64,000 bases of DNA from Macrostomum lignano (lineage: Eukaryota). The notes under the pieces are model-generated. The model did not search any database. It was not told the origin of the DNA and worked only from the letters and a program-made list of their open reading frames with translations. Shown piece by piece: positions 23,633 to 38,000 of the stretch. How positions within the stretch are numbered: the first letter of the stretch is position 1; each line of letters opens with the position of its first letter. The stretch spans positions 62,001 through 126,000 of the forward strand of contig NIVC01000334.1 of assembly GCA_002269645.1 (NCBI GenBank), in the 5' to 3' direction. A program made the translations under genes and the position numbers.

Positions 23633-26600
23633 GGGCACGGGTCGTTCTCAAAGCTAGGTCACAACTTTTTGTTATTGCAAAAAAAGTTTATACATCGACC
23701 AATAATCGTACAAAAAAAATTCTTTCGACAATTTCTGTAAGAAGCTGCTACTAAAAACACAAGAAAACTTGAAATTGACAAGAAATCAAGGCTATTTGTT
23801 ATTCTTTGTTGCGGAAAATAAACGACAAAAATATTAAAGAGAAAATAAAATTTTCTTCTATTTTTATTTTAAATATGCAGTTAAATTTCTTTTGCAAAAA
23901 TAAAAGAACAAGAAATTGACAAAGGAAATGTTTTTGAGCACAGCATTTTGTTACTCTGCTCTAAATCCCAGACATTTAAAATTATCGTGTGCGAAAAAGT
24001 GCGAAATTATTATAGCATGCACTCGAAAGGACTTCGATCAGTTTAACTAATCACTGAATTAAGAAGTCTAAATAAGTCTTGAAAGGTTGAATTAAAAATC
24101 AAGTTTTCACTATGTATCTTTTCAAAGTTAAGATGATTCGACAAATAAAGAATGTTCATTTTTATGGTGAATAGAATTGTTTTCATTTTTACATTAAATA
24201 TAATAAAATCTAACTAATAATAGAAAAAGTCAGGGAACTATCCTTGAACACCAAAAAGCACATTGTGGATTTAATATCGACTGCATGTTCCTTAATAAAG
24301 GAATTCGGATACTAGTATATATTTGATTATTTGTAGCATAATTTCTGAAAACTATAACTTGCTTGATTTTACTTTAAGTACTTATTACATTAATACTTAT
24401 ACCAAAGCTACATGTACTTAAAACAAAAAATTATAGTTACTTATTAGACATTTTACTCCAATTAACTTAAAATAATTCAAATTTATTTTAATTTATTTAT
24501 TTTTTGAAACTTTTTGGAAAATAGACAAAATTGAATTATTAAATTACCAAAAACCTACTAGCTTAACTAAAATAGCAATTAGTCTTTAAGAAAAGATTTC
24601 ACTTGTTAATTGAGAAAAATGAGGATGTGCGAGGTGTAAAAATGCGAAAGAGCATGCAGGAAACAGAGACAAACAAAAATGTAGGTAAAAGACACTGCAC
24701 ATGCACATAATATGATAACCAGACATAATGCGCACACTGAAACACCAGTAGCAATGACGCCCAAGCTTTTGATGATCACAAGCGAAAAGGCAAAACCCAG
24801 CCATCTAATCAAAGAAGTAGACTATAGCACGCATATTGAGTGCATCACGCATTTTTTGCAGAGAAGCTCGAAAATTAACATTGTATTCTGTGCACAACCA
24901 CCAACTGCGACAGGGTCTGCCGGGGGATTTGTGGGCACGCGGTCGCGGATACAAATCGGAGGAGTCGCTGACCATTCTGAAATTACAAGCTAGTACATGT
25001 AATTTTGTGTATTAATATATTTAGCCCGCTTTATTTCTATGCTCTCGTCCGCCTCTCGTTAATGCATCCCCAGACTCATGCAAAAATTAAACTTATGATC
25101 GAACTATGCATGGCTTCCGTCCCTCGCTTTGAGTCTCTCACCTCCCCATAGTTCCATCAACCTTACCGTAGTGGCTTACTATGCAAAAATCATCCCTCCG
25201 CATCTTACACAGGCTACTTCAGGCTGTAGACTGTACTACACTATTAATTAGTTGCGCTAAGGAATCTACATGTATTTTGCTCGCAGCGCAGCGCGCTGCT
25301 CAAAGAAGTTTAGATCTATCTAGATATTCTAGTAATTTCAGGTTTGTCCATAGACTAGAGCTCATGAGATGAGAATTCCATTATCTAGTACATTTAATAT
25401 GAATGAACTGCGTGTGTGTGAGTGCTGTGCATACATATGTATAATATACGAGTAGTTTATGGGCCAAATTATTGTGTGGCACAATTCTTGGCATCACTCA
25501 GCAGGCACAAGATGCAGTTAAGCAGCGCACGAAAATTCTACAAAAGAAATTGAGCCTGGTTGAGGTGATGCGAGGAGGCAGATCCACACAATCTCAGTGA
25601 ATACACCAGACTGCACCAGATACGAGTCCAGTCGAATGTGCGCACTGGTCTAAGCAGCACACGCATGTCCTTCTGACAATGACGGCACCTAGCTTCGTCC
25701 AAGCCTTTGCCAGCGTCACTGACAGCGTCAATACTACCATGCAGTGCCACCTGCAGCACCGACAACGGCAATTCCTCCAGTTAGCCCACAACAGTGGCTA
25801 AACTGAGGGACAGGGAACCTACCCACAGAAGACACACACATACACACACAGCACCGGCAGCAGCACTCTGACAGCATAACCTAAAGCTCCATGAGCTCAG
25901 TTTTCAAGCATTGAAGAAGCAGAAGCAGTCATCTTGGATCCAGGGATCAGGAAGAGTGTTGCATGTCCGACATGTGCTGTTTCCGTGGAAAAAGGTGATG
26001 GAGCAAATTAATCAACACTTACTATCTAGCTCGTATTAAGACTAAAAAACTGAGGGCCTCAGTGAGGCAAGCTGGGATTAAACCAAAGAAAATTTTTACT
26101 ATACCTTTTTACCATACTTTTACTATACTTCTATAGTATAGTAGAGAGGTACTCTATTTAAATGCAGTAAGAAGTGAAACAAATTTATATATTTAATTAT
26201 TAAATTAAAATAATTCAAGGTAAATAACTAATTTAACCAATTTATTAGGAGTACATGTATTTATTATAATAAATTGATTTTTATACCTTACACGAAATAA
26301 GCTCTACATTCATTTCTTAGCTTGGGGCCCATCTGTATAAGGTCAGTTTCTTCAAAATGCTGATTAATTAATTAAGGCCTGTTGTCTTTACTTAAATTTA
26401 TAAGGGCATCTTAGAAGTTAATATTACTATATAATACATGTATAATATTATTACTATATTATAATAATATAGTTGCAATTTTAATGACTATTGAATAAGT
26501 CTAAATGCTTCCCCTATTGACTCTAAATATATGGTACCTTTCCCTTCAGAAAAAATTAGCATAGAATGACTTGATGAAAACAAAAAAAATCATTTCGAGA

Positions 26601-27460
26601 TACACATTTGCTGATCATTCAGGTCAAATTTCAAGGTCCAGTTTTGCACATGTTTCTCTGTAGCTTGGTTACAAGGATTTTAATAAAAATATAATAAATA
26701 TGTCCAATGAACTAACTGATACATAGCCAAATTGAAGTATTTTCAAAAACAAAAAAAATCATTTGCTCAGTTTACTTTACTGGATATCTGTGTAAAATTT
26801 CAGCTCAAAAGGTGCTCCATGGAGAATGCTAGTGTGGTTACAGGATATTTATTTTGTGCTTCAAAGTAGGAGTTAATTGCGATGCATGGTTGCTTTTAAT
26901 TATTTTTATCAACAATAGTGCTCTATTTCATAACAATTTTTTACAAAAAGATAAAAAGACATGTTTTTCTAATTATCTGCATCAAAATGTATCATTTTAA
27001 GCGCACATTCTAGACGTCAGCTGAAAAATACATTTTGTGAGACGCAAAGAGGCTATCCCACCGGAAATGCTAGGCGTCCAGTTTAGCGTCTATAAAATCA
27101 TTTATAGTGCAGTTTATTGAGCTTTAAAAAATTCTTAAATTAAATTTATATAAGCTTTCATTTTAAATGTAATATAGCAAGGTTTCAACACAACAACAAC
27201 TTGTTTTAGCTACAGACATCTTGTAGTATCAAAAATTAACATCGGTGAAATGATTGAATTTGAATTTTTTCATCGCTAATTATCGCTTAATACCGCCAGA
27301 TGATTAAAAACACTTTTTCATGATAAAGTTCAACCCAAAAATTATCTTTATTCACAGATAAAAGTGTCCTATTATTTTGAATATGGCAGTAACAATAGTA
27401 AATGTTCGGAAAATTGTTAAAATTTTTGCTCCTCCTAGAATTTGCGAACGACCCGCACCA
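23633..27460. mobile_element. Possible decayed TIR DNA transposon
   Basis: gcacgggtcgttctcaaagctagg (~23635) is an imperfect inverted match to cctagaatttgcgaacgacccgcacc (~27434-27459); AT-rich interior, no transposase recognised. Confidence 0.3.
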
Positions 27461-30168
27461 TTGGCACATTGGACACCCCTTATGTTAACAAAAATCGAGT
27501 TTTGATCGTTGTTTTGCTTGAATAAATATACTTTGGCTTTCGAATAAAAATGTAAATATTTATTTATAATTGCACTTTTTCATATACTTCTAACAACCAT
27601 GAGATTGGTAGTATCAACAAGTTTTATTCTACATTTAAATTCATTTCTTATCTTGCTTTATTGTCGAACTACTTTCGGTACGTCATTTTCATTTACCTAG
27701 TTGGTGCACTTACAGAAAACATAGAAACATTAAATGCCGTTTCTTGTCCTCAATAAACGTTGGAAAAAGTGAGCAGCAGACTAGTTGCAGAATTTTATTG
27801 CCGGACATGGCATATTTGACTATTTGCAGCTGCTCTGGCTTGTTTACTGCCTTTCCATAAATCAACAGCAATGGTGAAAGTGAATCTAATCCTTCTCTCT
27901 CTCTCTCTCCCATAATGTTAATGTTTGATTTGCTGTTAATATGGATTTTTAAAATCCCCCGTGTCTTAAATAAAAAAACGAATAATTTTTTAAGTTGTGA
28001 TTTCCATCAAAATGCAATTAATTAATGTTTTAAAAACATTTAAACTCAATAAATTATTTATTCTCTTATCAAATAGAATCCAACTCTAGAATCTTTTTCA
28101 AGGAAGGAATACTAACTATCCTTAATATTCAATATGCATGATAATAAAGCAGTGCATTACTTTTTCAATTTAGAGAATCTAACAAGGAAATAAATATAAT
28201 TTAGTACAGTACCATTGTAAGCAAAAAACCATAAGTTTACAGGTACAATTTTTTGTAAAGATAGATACAGCGGAAAATTAAAATTTGACAAAAGAATACC
28301 ACAAACACTAAAAATGGGGAGAAAAAGTATTACAAACATTGGCATTAATAAAAAGTAATAAATATTGCAGCCGAGCAAATGAAATTAGCAATTAAACAAT
28401 GCAATGAGTTAAATGATAAATAACAAAGAAATGCTAAATAACATCTAGCAATGTATATTAAAGCAATTGAAGTGCACTCTGAGTTGAAAGGCTTACAACT
28501 CATAAAGTACAGTTTAAATGCAATGTAACTTTTTATTTATTTGTAACTTTATAACAATAGAAATCATTACCATAAGCAATTGTATGAAAAGTTGCTATTA
28601 ATAGTCTTATGTACTTTATCTCTACTCTAAGAGCTAACTTTCTATAAATATATATGATTCCTTGTATAAAATTAGGGATTCTTTAAAAAATTCATGCTGC
28701 AATATGCATATATCACACTCTTGACCCAAGAAAATTATTGAAAGTGGTCAACCAATTAGCACAAAAAAATTATAGACGGCTGTAATGGTGCAAGTGGTGT
28801 TTCGGCACACCACTTAAATTAAAGTTGAAATTTTTGGAGCAGTTACACTAAAGAAAATTATTATTTTATAAAATTAAGAGAGGCTAAAAAAATTAGTAGG
28901 GCTTGAATTGAATAATATGCTGTGAAGACTCAAACTTGTAAGCCAAGAAGGCTAGAATTAGGGTTAGCAATTAGGCAATTAGGCGAACTATAGACATTAA
29001 GGAATGTGTAGGTATTAAATAAATAAATCATGCAGGTGCTAATAGTAGCTTAAAACCTATCACTTGGTCCCTTAGAATGCCATAATTTTGGACATTAGAA
29101 TTAAAATATAGTGTTTTACTGATTGGGAACTTGTTCTTATTGGAAAACTTCTCATAAATATAGAAATATTAATATAAACAATACGAATAAATTTGCCTAT
29201 TAAAACTTTGTGGCATTTGTAGGATTTTAGAAGAAGGAAGTATACCCTGCAACATACGTGCAGAATATTTATGTGCTAAAGGATTTAGGTCTGAAGTAAA
29301 TGACAATAAATGTTATGTGAAGATGGTTTATATGTTGTTTTTTCAAAGCGTCACATATAAACTTTCAGTAAAAAGACTTCTTGGTCTGTGAGGTAGATTT
29401 TTTACTTATATGCTTGCATTTTTTAACTCATAATTTAAATGATTAGCACAATTTCTTAAATATCATGACTTGGCAAATTATTCATAATAATGTTTTCTTA
29501 AAAGGATTGTATATAAAGAAGAGACTGTAATTTGAACTTTCACTGAGTAGCTATTCCTTTTTTTGTTGGTTGAAATCATACAAAAAGTAATTGAACTAAT
29601 AAAAGAAGAAGCTTGGAAATTATTAATTTAATCATCATCTTACAAAGTAAAAAAAACTTTTTGGGTGCAATTTTTTCATCAAATAATCTGCCAATGTATT
29701 AACTTTTTTAATATAGAAATACTTGCAATTTGGAATATCCAAAGTTCGTTCTTCATGAAGTAATCCTAACAAAATAAGTTGTGGTTTTTTGATAAGAGCA
29801 GAATGCTTCATCATTTTATGGAAAATTGAGTTCTGACTATTAGTTTGATCATTTCATATATCAGGCATATTTAGCATTAAATCGGTACGCCTGTAGTACA
29901 GAACCTTCGGGTAGTAAAATCACAGTGTAATAGCATTGCAAGCTGCAGTTTTTGCATGTGCGATTATTTTAAAAAATCGAATGCCAAATTAAACATGTAC
30001 AAAAAACGATAATACAAAGAATATTTAACAAATCATCTATCACGAAAGCAAGGATGTCATTTCTATTATTATCAATTTTTTTAATTATTTAAAAGTATCT
30101 CCGCAAGTTTATTTTGCATTTTCATATCTAATTTTGTTATAAAAAGGGGTGTCCAATGTGTCCAATGT
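27461..30168. mobile_element. Non-autonomous TIR element, ~2.7 kb
   Basis: cacattggacaccccttatgttaacaaaa (~27465) is inverted at ttttgttataaaaaggggtgtccaatgtg (~30133-30162). Confidence 0.45.
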
Positions 30169-31287
30169 GCCAGTGCCAGCTTTTATACACACCCAACTCT
30201 TTATCTGGAGTTTTTTACCTAATTACTATAACAGAATGTAGTAAATAACGTAAAATAGGATATAAAACAGCATTAAATGTCCAGTTTTAATAGTATAGGA
30301 TGCACGATTAACAACTCCACTAGCTTCCTTCTTGAATTTCATAAAAATTCGTATACAGTGCCCCCAAAAAATTATACATATTTATATATGCATTTATATA
30401 CGTATACATACTGTACATTCATATAAAAATATATAGCTACTTGTATATGACACATCAACACATCCTTCAACAAGAAGCAAGCTGCTATTGCACTCTCGCA
30501 ATGCAACAAGACCAATAGCCTACATCACATGTATCATTCACGTCAAACGTAAATTTTAATTCTGCAAACATGCAATGCAGTGCCCTAACGCATCATGCAT
30601 TAATTATCTCGTCACAGTCGAGGCTAGTATATGTGTAGCTGATAATTGCTGCAAAGTTTTTTATAACACAAAAATTGTGTTGAAATCCCCGCATTTCCGT
30701 CGAGCTGATGATATGAAAAAAAGTCATTGTCAGGAATTGATGCAGACTAAATTTTGTTTAACAGCACCTCAGAATGGCTCAGAACGTCTAAGATGAATCA
30801 AAAGACAACAATCAATGTCGAATAAGACTTTGAAATTTCCTTTGAAACCCTAGCTTGATCAAGCTACATGTATTGGTATAAAGCTAGCTCGATCCCTTTC
30901 CCGCCGAAAAGCAAGTACATGTAGATCTACCCGTACAGCAGCCTATACAATTCAAGGCGCCGGATTCACCACCTCGGGCCAAAACATCCATTCGATAAAG
31001 CTTTGCCGACCGGAGAACATCCCACAGCACGTTCTCCTTGACCTCCCTGATCTTATTGTTGGATGGATTCCTTCGAGTTTCAATGGCTCGATCATGGCTT
31101 AACGTCCAATCGAACGTCTACGCTCGTACACATACATGTACATGTATACGCGACTGATGCGACATATTTCGAATTTCTAATATGTCACTCTAGTGGTTAT
31201 ACCTGCCTTAACTTTTCAAAGATTAACGAATTAACGAATCATGGTTAAATAGATTCTCATTATATTTTGTAACTTGTCAATTATTAT

Positions 31288-31709
31288 TATAGTATTTGTC
31301 ATGCTATCTCAGCCTAGAGACATCCAAACTCAGCCAGCCCATCTCAACAGTGCGATTTTTTACGTAAGCCAGTCAAGTTTTACCATAGACATGCTTCTTA
31401 AGGCCATGCTATCTCAGCCTGGGACATGCAATCTCAGCCACTTTTCAGATTCTTACTGACTTTTCTTGCTGCGTTCATTCATTGCTGTTTGTTGCCATTT
31501 CATGTCACGTTACAGAAATGATAGCATTGAGATCTGTTTGCAATTGAAATCTATATTGGCTGAGATTGCATGTCCCAGGCTGAGATAGCATGGCCTTAAG
31601 AAGCATGTCTATGGTAAAACTCGACTAGCTCGAGCCAAAAAACGCATTGCGGAATGGGGCTGGCTGAGTTTGGATGTCCCTAGGCTGAGATAGCATGACA
31701 AAAGCTATA
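31288..31709. mobile_element. MITE (~420 bp) with ~150-bp terminal inverted repeats
   Basis: tttgtcatgctatctcagcctag.gacatccaaactcagccagccc...ttttaccatagacatgcttcttaaggccatgctatctcagcctgggacatgcaatctcagcca is mirrored almost exactly at 31555-31709. Confidence 0.85.
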
Positions 31710-32014
31710 TTAACATTAGTACCCCTGCACTTACTAGCTGGACTCTATTATAGAGTACACACCCGATGAATCGAGTTGCCAGGGCTTTTAGCAGTTGGCA
31801 GAAGTCTATGGGAAAAATTGTCAGTATCGGTTGAATAAATAAAAAGCTGAATAAATTTATGAGCACGTGGGCCATAGACATATCTACGAGCCTGTATCCA
31901 AGAACTCAAAAGAGCTCGGGCTTTGTGCCTACTTTCATCTCATCGTTCACTGGCAAGTCCTGCTAGCTTTCCTCAAAGCTTACACAGCAGCAGCTAAAGA
32001 AGAACAGCCCGAAA

Positions 32015-33385
32015 ATGCGCGAGTGTATCTCTATCCACATCGGCCAGGCCGGAGTGCAGATCGGCAACGCCTGCTGGGAGCTCTACTGTCTGGAGCACGG
32101 CATCCAGCCCGACGGCATGATGCTAGCCGGCAGGGAGAAATGCGACAGCTCAGTAGAGACGTTCTACTCCGAGACTAACTCGGGCCGTTATGTGCCGAGA
32201 GCTGTGTTCGTAGACCTGGAGCCCACCGTGATTGACGAAGTTCGCACTGGAACTTACAGGCAGCTGTTCCACTCGGAGCAGCTCATCACGGGCAAGGAGG
32301 ACGCGGCTAATAACTACGCCAGAGGCCAGTACACCATTGGCAAGGAAGTCATCAACACCGTGCGAGAGGTAGTGTCCAGAGCGGTGGAGAACTGCAGCAG
32401 CCTGCAGGGCTTCTTTCTGTTCCACTCGTTCGGCGGCGGCACTGGCGCCGGCTTCACCTCCCTGCTGATGGACAAGCTGTCATCCGAGTACGGCAAAAAG
32501 GCCAAGGTGCAGGCGTCCATCTACCCGGCGCCGCAGGTCAGCACCGCGGTTGTTGAGCCGTTCAATGCCATCTTGTGCACCCACGGCACATTGCGACACG
32601 CCGATGTCACATTCATTGTGGACAACGAGGCCATCTACGACATCTGCAGGAGAAATCTAGACATTGAGAAGCCGACTTACACTAACCTGAATAGGCTGAT
32701 TAGTCAGATAATGTCTTCTATTACAGCTTCGTTGCGCTTTGAAGGCTCCCTCAACGTGGACATAACGGAGTTCCAGACCAACCTCGTGCCCTATCCCAAG
32801 ATCCACTTCCCCCTAGCAACGTACGCTCCCATCATTTCGACCGAGAAAGCAAACCACGAGCAGCTCAAGGTCCGCGAGATCACCAACGCCTGTTTCGAGA
32901 CATCGAACCAAATGGTGAAGTGCGACCCTCGGCATGGAAAGTACATGGCCTGCTGTCTACTCTACCGCGGAGACGTCAACTCCAAGGAAGTCAGCGACGC
33001 CATTCAGAAGATCAAAGGCAAGCGCGAAATTCAATTTGTGGACTGGTGCCCAACCGGGTTCAAGGTGGGCATCAACTACCAGCCGCCCACCACGGTGCCT
33101 GGAGGCGATCTGGCAAAGGTGCCGCGAGCCGTCTGCATGCTGAGCAACACCACCGCCATCGCTGAGGCCTGGGACCGGCTGGCGTACAAGTTCGACCTCA
33201 TGTACTCCAAGCGGGCCTTCGTGCACTGGTACGTCGGCGAAGGCATGGAGGAGGGCGAGTTCGCTGAGGCGCGCGAGGACCTGGGCTCCATGCAGAAGGA
33301 CTACGAAGAGGTCGGAGTGGACAGCGTCGAAGGCGAGGAGGAAGAGGTCGAAGAGATGGACAAGGAAGGCGCTGATGGGGAATAA
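32015..33385 (+). CDS. TUBA: Divergent, intronless alpha-tubulin, 456 aa
   Basis: MRECISIH start, [27 protein letters not shown](A)[27 protein letters not shown]; acidic tail. AATAAA overlaps the stop codon. Confidence 0.97.
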   Translation: MRECISIHIGQAGVQIGNACWELYCLEHGIQPDGMMLAGREKCDSSVETFYSETNSGRYVPRAVFVDLEPTVIDEVRTGTYRQLFHSEQLITGKEDAANNYARGQYTIGKEVINTVREVVSRAVENCSSLQGFFLFHSFGGGTGAGFTSLLMDKLSSEYGKKAKVQASIYPAPQVSTAVVEPFNAILCTHGTLRHADVTFIVDNEAIYDICRRNLDIEKPTYTNLNRLISQIMSSITASLRFEGSLNVDITEFQTNLVPYPKIHFPLATYAPIISTEKANHEQLKVREITNACFETSNQMVKCDPRHGKYMACCLLYRGDVNSKEVSDAIQKIKGKREIQFVDWCPTGFKVGINYQPPTTVPGGDLAKVPRAVCMLSNTTAIAEAWDRLAYKFDLMYSKRAFVHWYVGEGMEEGEFAEAREDLGSMQKDYEEVGVDSVEGEEEEVEEMDKEGADGE

Positions 33386-34798
33386 ACGAATCTTTAATTC
33401 TGGAATTATTTGTAAAGAGAGACGATACTCCTTCTTTTACAGCCGCATTGGAATTGGCCTTTTTTGGGGCTCGCAAACAGCTGCTTGAGGATGCATACTT
33501 TCTTTTTCCTTAAAAACATTTTCATCCCTTTCGGTCAGTATTTGAAAGCTTATATATTTTCGTTTTCGCAACGCATTTGAAACAAATTTCCTTTTTCAAT
33601 CTCTGGCACACGTTCTTGTCTTTTTTAATTTTCAAAAGCTGCAGGCATGTTTGAACGTAAGAATCATTTGGTGACGAATACAAAAATTGCTTTTACGGAA
33701 CCAGTTAAAGATGAGTCTTAAACCGCCTAATTTCTATCATGGTTTTTATTTTAAATGCTAAATGCTCAAATTTCGCAGCAGAAAAGTGCAATTTAAAAGC
33801 AAGCAAAGCAGAAACGTGCATGCCTCCATCGGCAACTGCACCTCTGAATCCAGTGTCAGATTTTTGCACGGCGACAATGGGATAGAACTATATACATACG
33901 TCTTTTCGCCCCCACCAGAGCATTGATGGTAGTACATTTACATCATGCAGGCCTCACATCTGAAGTCGGGCCTAGTGCCAGAAATTGCCTGAATAATAGT
34001 GTCAACAGAGTGTGGTTTTCTGAAGCGCTGGTAGACCAAGTAGGCCGATTTATCCCTCCTCCGCCCCCGGTCCTAGCGGGTTATTCGCACGCAATCGAAT
34101 GTACTGTGACGAATATCTGGTCCGAGAGTTCGCGTGCTGACGGGCTGCTAATCAAGTACTGATTGAACACACAGTTAGTGGTGACCGATAACTGACGAAG
34201 CCGATTATTCGATTACGGATTATGTATATTTGTAGGTTACAGACACGAACGGTACATGTAGTGGTAAATAGCTGATGCTAAACAGGTCATTGGTAACGAA
34301 CAGCTGTAGTGTCGATGGAATGGCTTCGAAGATGACCTTTAGTGGGAAACACTACTTAATTGAGAGCGATTTTGAACTACTGTTTATTAGGAAATTAAAT
34401 TGCTGGCGATAGAAACAGCAGCCGAACTCCACGCGCAGTCCTCTCCGAAGCCACAGAATTCGAAATGTTGAATATAACTATTTTAATTCAGTAAAACAAA
34501 TCATTGTTTAATATTGTCGATAAACAAAAAATGAAACCAATTAATATAAATAAAATACATATTAAATATTTTTAGTAGATATTAGAGATTTAGTATATTT
34601 AGATTAATCGACGAATTGGAATAATAAAAGAACTGCCAACGTCACAGTATAAACTTTCTCCTTGCAGCTCCCTCAATCGCTTCGAATCGGATCGTTGACT
34701 GGCTGTCTGTCTGTACTATCGGATCAGCCTATGTAGCTATCTCCCGCGTGATCTTGGTGGCCTAAAATGTTATCTGCCATTCTAATAATATATACTTT

Positions 34799-35032
34799 TG
34801 TAAAAATTGAATAAGGCAGAGGGCCGTCAATTGAACTAGCAAATAAGAAATAAGAATTAGAGCGTTCACAGAGACGCCTGCCATAACTTATATAATGATT
34901 CAAAGTCTCTCTGACGCAACCACAACCCTCACCATGCACACTGAGGAGGGGGAACGCCAAGCGTACACCTGACGGCGCTACACAGAACAGAGGGTGTAGG
35001 CTAGGCAGGAACACAACTAACCATGATCGACA
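34799..35032 (-). repeat. 3' LTR of the decayed BEL/Pao element
   Basis: TG...CA; clearly similar to 38444-38671 with multiple substitutions and indels. Confidence 0.85.
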
Positions 35033-38000
35033 CTCCCCCTAATGATGCTTCATCATTAAAGTACTTGAAAACGTTGATTTTCCAATCAACAGCCTTCACT
35101 CGCTGCCTGACATGGATCAGCCAAAACTTCTCACGCAGTTTGTAAAGGGTGCTTGGAACTTCCCCGTGCAGAACTTTGCTGTGCGCGTCCCTGGATGAGG
35201 AGAACTTCTAGATGCGTCTTGTTCGAGATAAGGATGGGAATATAAGGATGGGCCGATAAGCAGCTGCACCAAGATTTATTTTGGTAATATTGATTTATTT
35301 TTTCAATCGACCCTGACTTCGGAGCAGACCTTTGCTGTCGATGAAGAGATTCAGCTGCTTTGCGAGATCCGTAGATGCTGTCGACCTTTCAAACTGAGCA
35401 ATCTCAGCGGGAAACTCCTTCATTAATAGTAACTCTTTCAGCCAACGCTCCTCTGCTTCTGACACTTCTGCAGCTGTCAGAGTTCCTGCTCGCTCCTCCC
35501 CGCTGCGGAAGTTCGAGCTTGCAAGTTTCTCACGAATCGAAAGACGTAAGCCGTCACCCTAATGAGCTTGGTCCAGGAGGAGATATCCGAATCTGTTATA
35601 ACTCGCTGCAGCCCCATGTCCGGAACAACATCAGGAAGCAGGACGATTGATTTGTCTTGGTCTGTTGTGTTAGCTCGAACTGCCGGCAAAATCGCTTTAC
35701 TGTTTGACTGCCAATGGCGTAGATTCATTCCTGCCTGGCTGAAGACGTGACGGGATCTTTGGATGAGTTCCATGGCTTGTCGTTCGCTTGCGCATCCAGA
35801 GATTAGATTGTCCACATAGATCTCTTTATGAGAGGCGATTCAGCCCGACTTAGATCCCTGTGGCCAGAGAAAACGCAGTGCATCCCGATCTTCAGCAATG
35901 CGAATCTGAAGAAACACCTTTTCAATATCAGTTGTAAGAGCGATCGGATGAAACCGGAATGCTTGAAGAAGACGAGGAATCTGGGCCAACGAGCACGATC
36001 CAGTCTCCAGGCACTCATTCAAGGACGAGCTCCACCGATCTCGCTTAGCACTGGCATCTTGCCACTCTGACTTTCGTCGACTCTGCTTCAGGACGAATCA
36101 TTGCTCGGTGAGGCAAGTAGTGGTCAAGATGGTGCGTGCCGACGGAAACCTCCTCCACTATTCCAGCTTCTTTCTGGCTCATCAGAATGCGGTGGTACTC
36201 CTGCAGCAGTGCGGGTTCACGGCGCAGTCTTCTCAGGTTGCTCTGAAGCCTCGAATTGAGTGTCCAATTCGAAAGGCCTTTTGCTCAGGTTCGGATGCGC
36301 TGGTAATGCCAATGCCTTCAAGCGTCCAAAACGTCTCCATGGAACAGTTTTCAAGGCCTTTGTTAGCTCCGTGTGCGCAGCAGAGAAGCACTTGCCCTTT
36401 CTTGCCTTCCAGTTCTCCTGCCGAAATGGCGTCGGACAAGGAGCCACACAGGAGCCACCCAAGCTGACTGGCTACTGCAACCAGCCCCGTTCTGATTTCA
36501 GAACGATCCACCTGTCCTGTGACAGGGTCATAAAACTGGTCAGCTCATACGAGGATGTTGATCTCTGGATGCTGCTCGCTGCCGATGTCCCAGTCTGCCA
36601 GATCCAGATGTAGGAAGTGATCGCTGCGCAAGCTGTTGACAACGGGCTGATGAGAGCAGATGTAGAGTACTGTGTTGGCGCACAATGTGAAGGGAGTGAC
36701 GCCGTCGAGCTTACGAAGTTGGAACTCGACCTTCTCCATTTGTAGGAACCTTGGGCTCTGTGCCTCCAAATGTCGTCACTTCCATTGTCTCTTTGCCGAT
36801 CATACAGAGTCCCATACGCTCAGCTAAGCCTGACAGGATGAACGAACGGTTGCTCGCAGAGTCGAAAAGAATTCGAACCCGTGTTTCACTGCATCCTTCT
36901 GGTTAAATCAGCACAGCTCCCGCAGTAAGAGGAATCACTGTCTGGGCCTTGGTTACCATTTCCATTAGTCTTTACTTCGTGGCTCTTGTCACTGCGCGTC
37001 CGACTGTTCGAGTTTCTTCCTTCCTGAACCCGCCGTATCGAAGGTGCAACTAGGCGTCTTGTCTGCCGGTCTCGGTGGCTGTTCCACTCGCGCAGCGCAG
37101 AGACTGGGATGATGCTTTAACTTGCAGAAGTCACACTGCTTCTTCTGATAACAAGTTTTTTTGGTGGCATGACCTTTAGAGAGGCAACTGAAGCCTAGTG
37201 GGCACAGTCGATTGCAACTCTCCGGGGCAATGTTCAGCGTCACAGTAAGGACACATGCTGCTGGCTCTAGCGACCTTCGTAGCCTTCGTCTGCAAAGCAG
37301 ATACCGTCGTACCTTTCTTGGTTTGCCTGTCAACCGTGGGAGTCTGTGATGAACTGGCTGCTTGAACTCCTGCTCTGAGAGCCGCTTCCTCCCTAACCAG
37401 GATTTCTACGAGCTAAGTCCAGGACATTGAAGAATTCTTTAATCGAATCTAATCCGTTCTCATCCGTCACTTGTAGCTGACTGCCACCATAAAAAAGCCG
37501 TACGCGGCAACCATCATGGCATTTCTACGCATCCCGAGGCGGACCACTTCCGGCAACTTGGGCAGCAACATAGTCTCGTATGAAGCAACACTCACCCCGA
37601 GATTCTCCAGGCTGCGGACATTGCCGTTGACTTGATCGTAGAAGTTTCTGAGGTGGTGGACTGAAGCACCTGAACAGGTCAGAGCCTAAAACTTTGCCAG
37701 ATGATCGCGCACGGCTACTCTCCGGTATCCAACCGTCGTTGCAGGTTATCGATCGCGATCTTACGTAGTTCTCGGCTGTGATGTTAAGGCGGCGATCGAA
37801 TTCTTGGCTTCTCCTGAAAGGCGCGATTGCAGGTAGCTAAATTTGTCAACGATACTGAGGTTCGGGTTATCGTGGATGCTGTAACTGAAGCGGTCCCAGA
37901 ATGCACCATTGCATCCGATATCCATTTGAATGCTGGCGGCGGCAGCTTGGGTAGCCTAATGGCCGGAGTAGTCATCAATGCAGCATTCTCTCGTAGTGAC

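Noticed and set aside
24586-24993. Possible exon(s): EWSATPPICI (Sushi-like ending) plus a hydrophobic ORF
   Set aside because: The pieces are in different frames separated by stops, with no consistent splice model and no further domain motifs.
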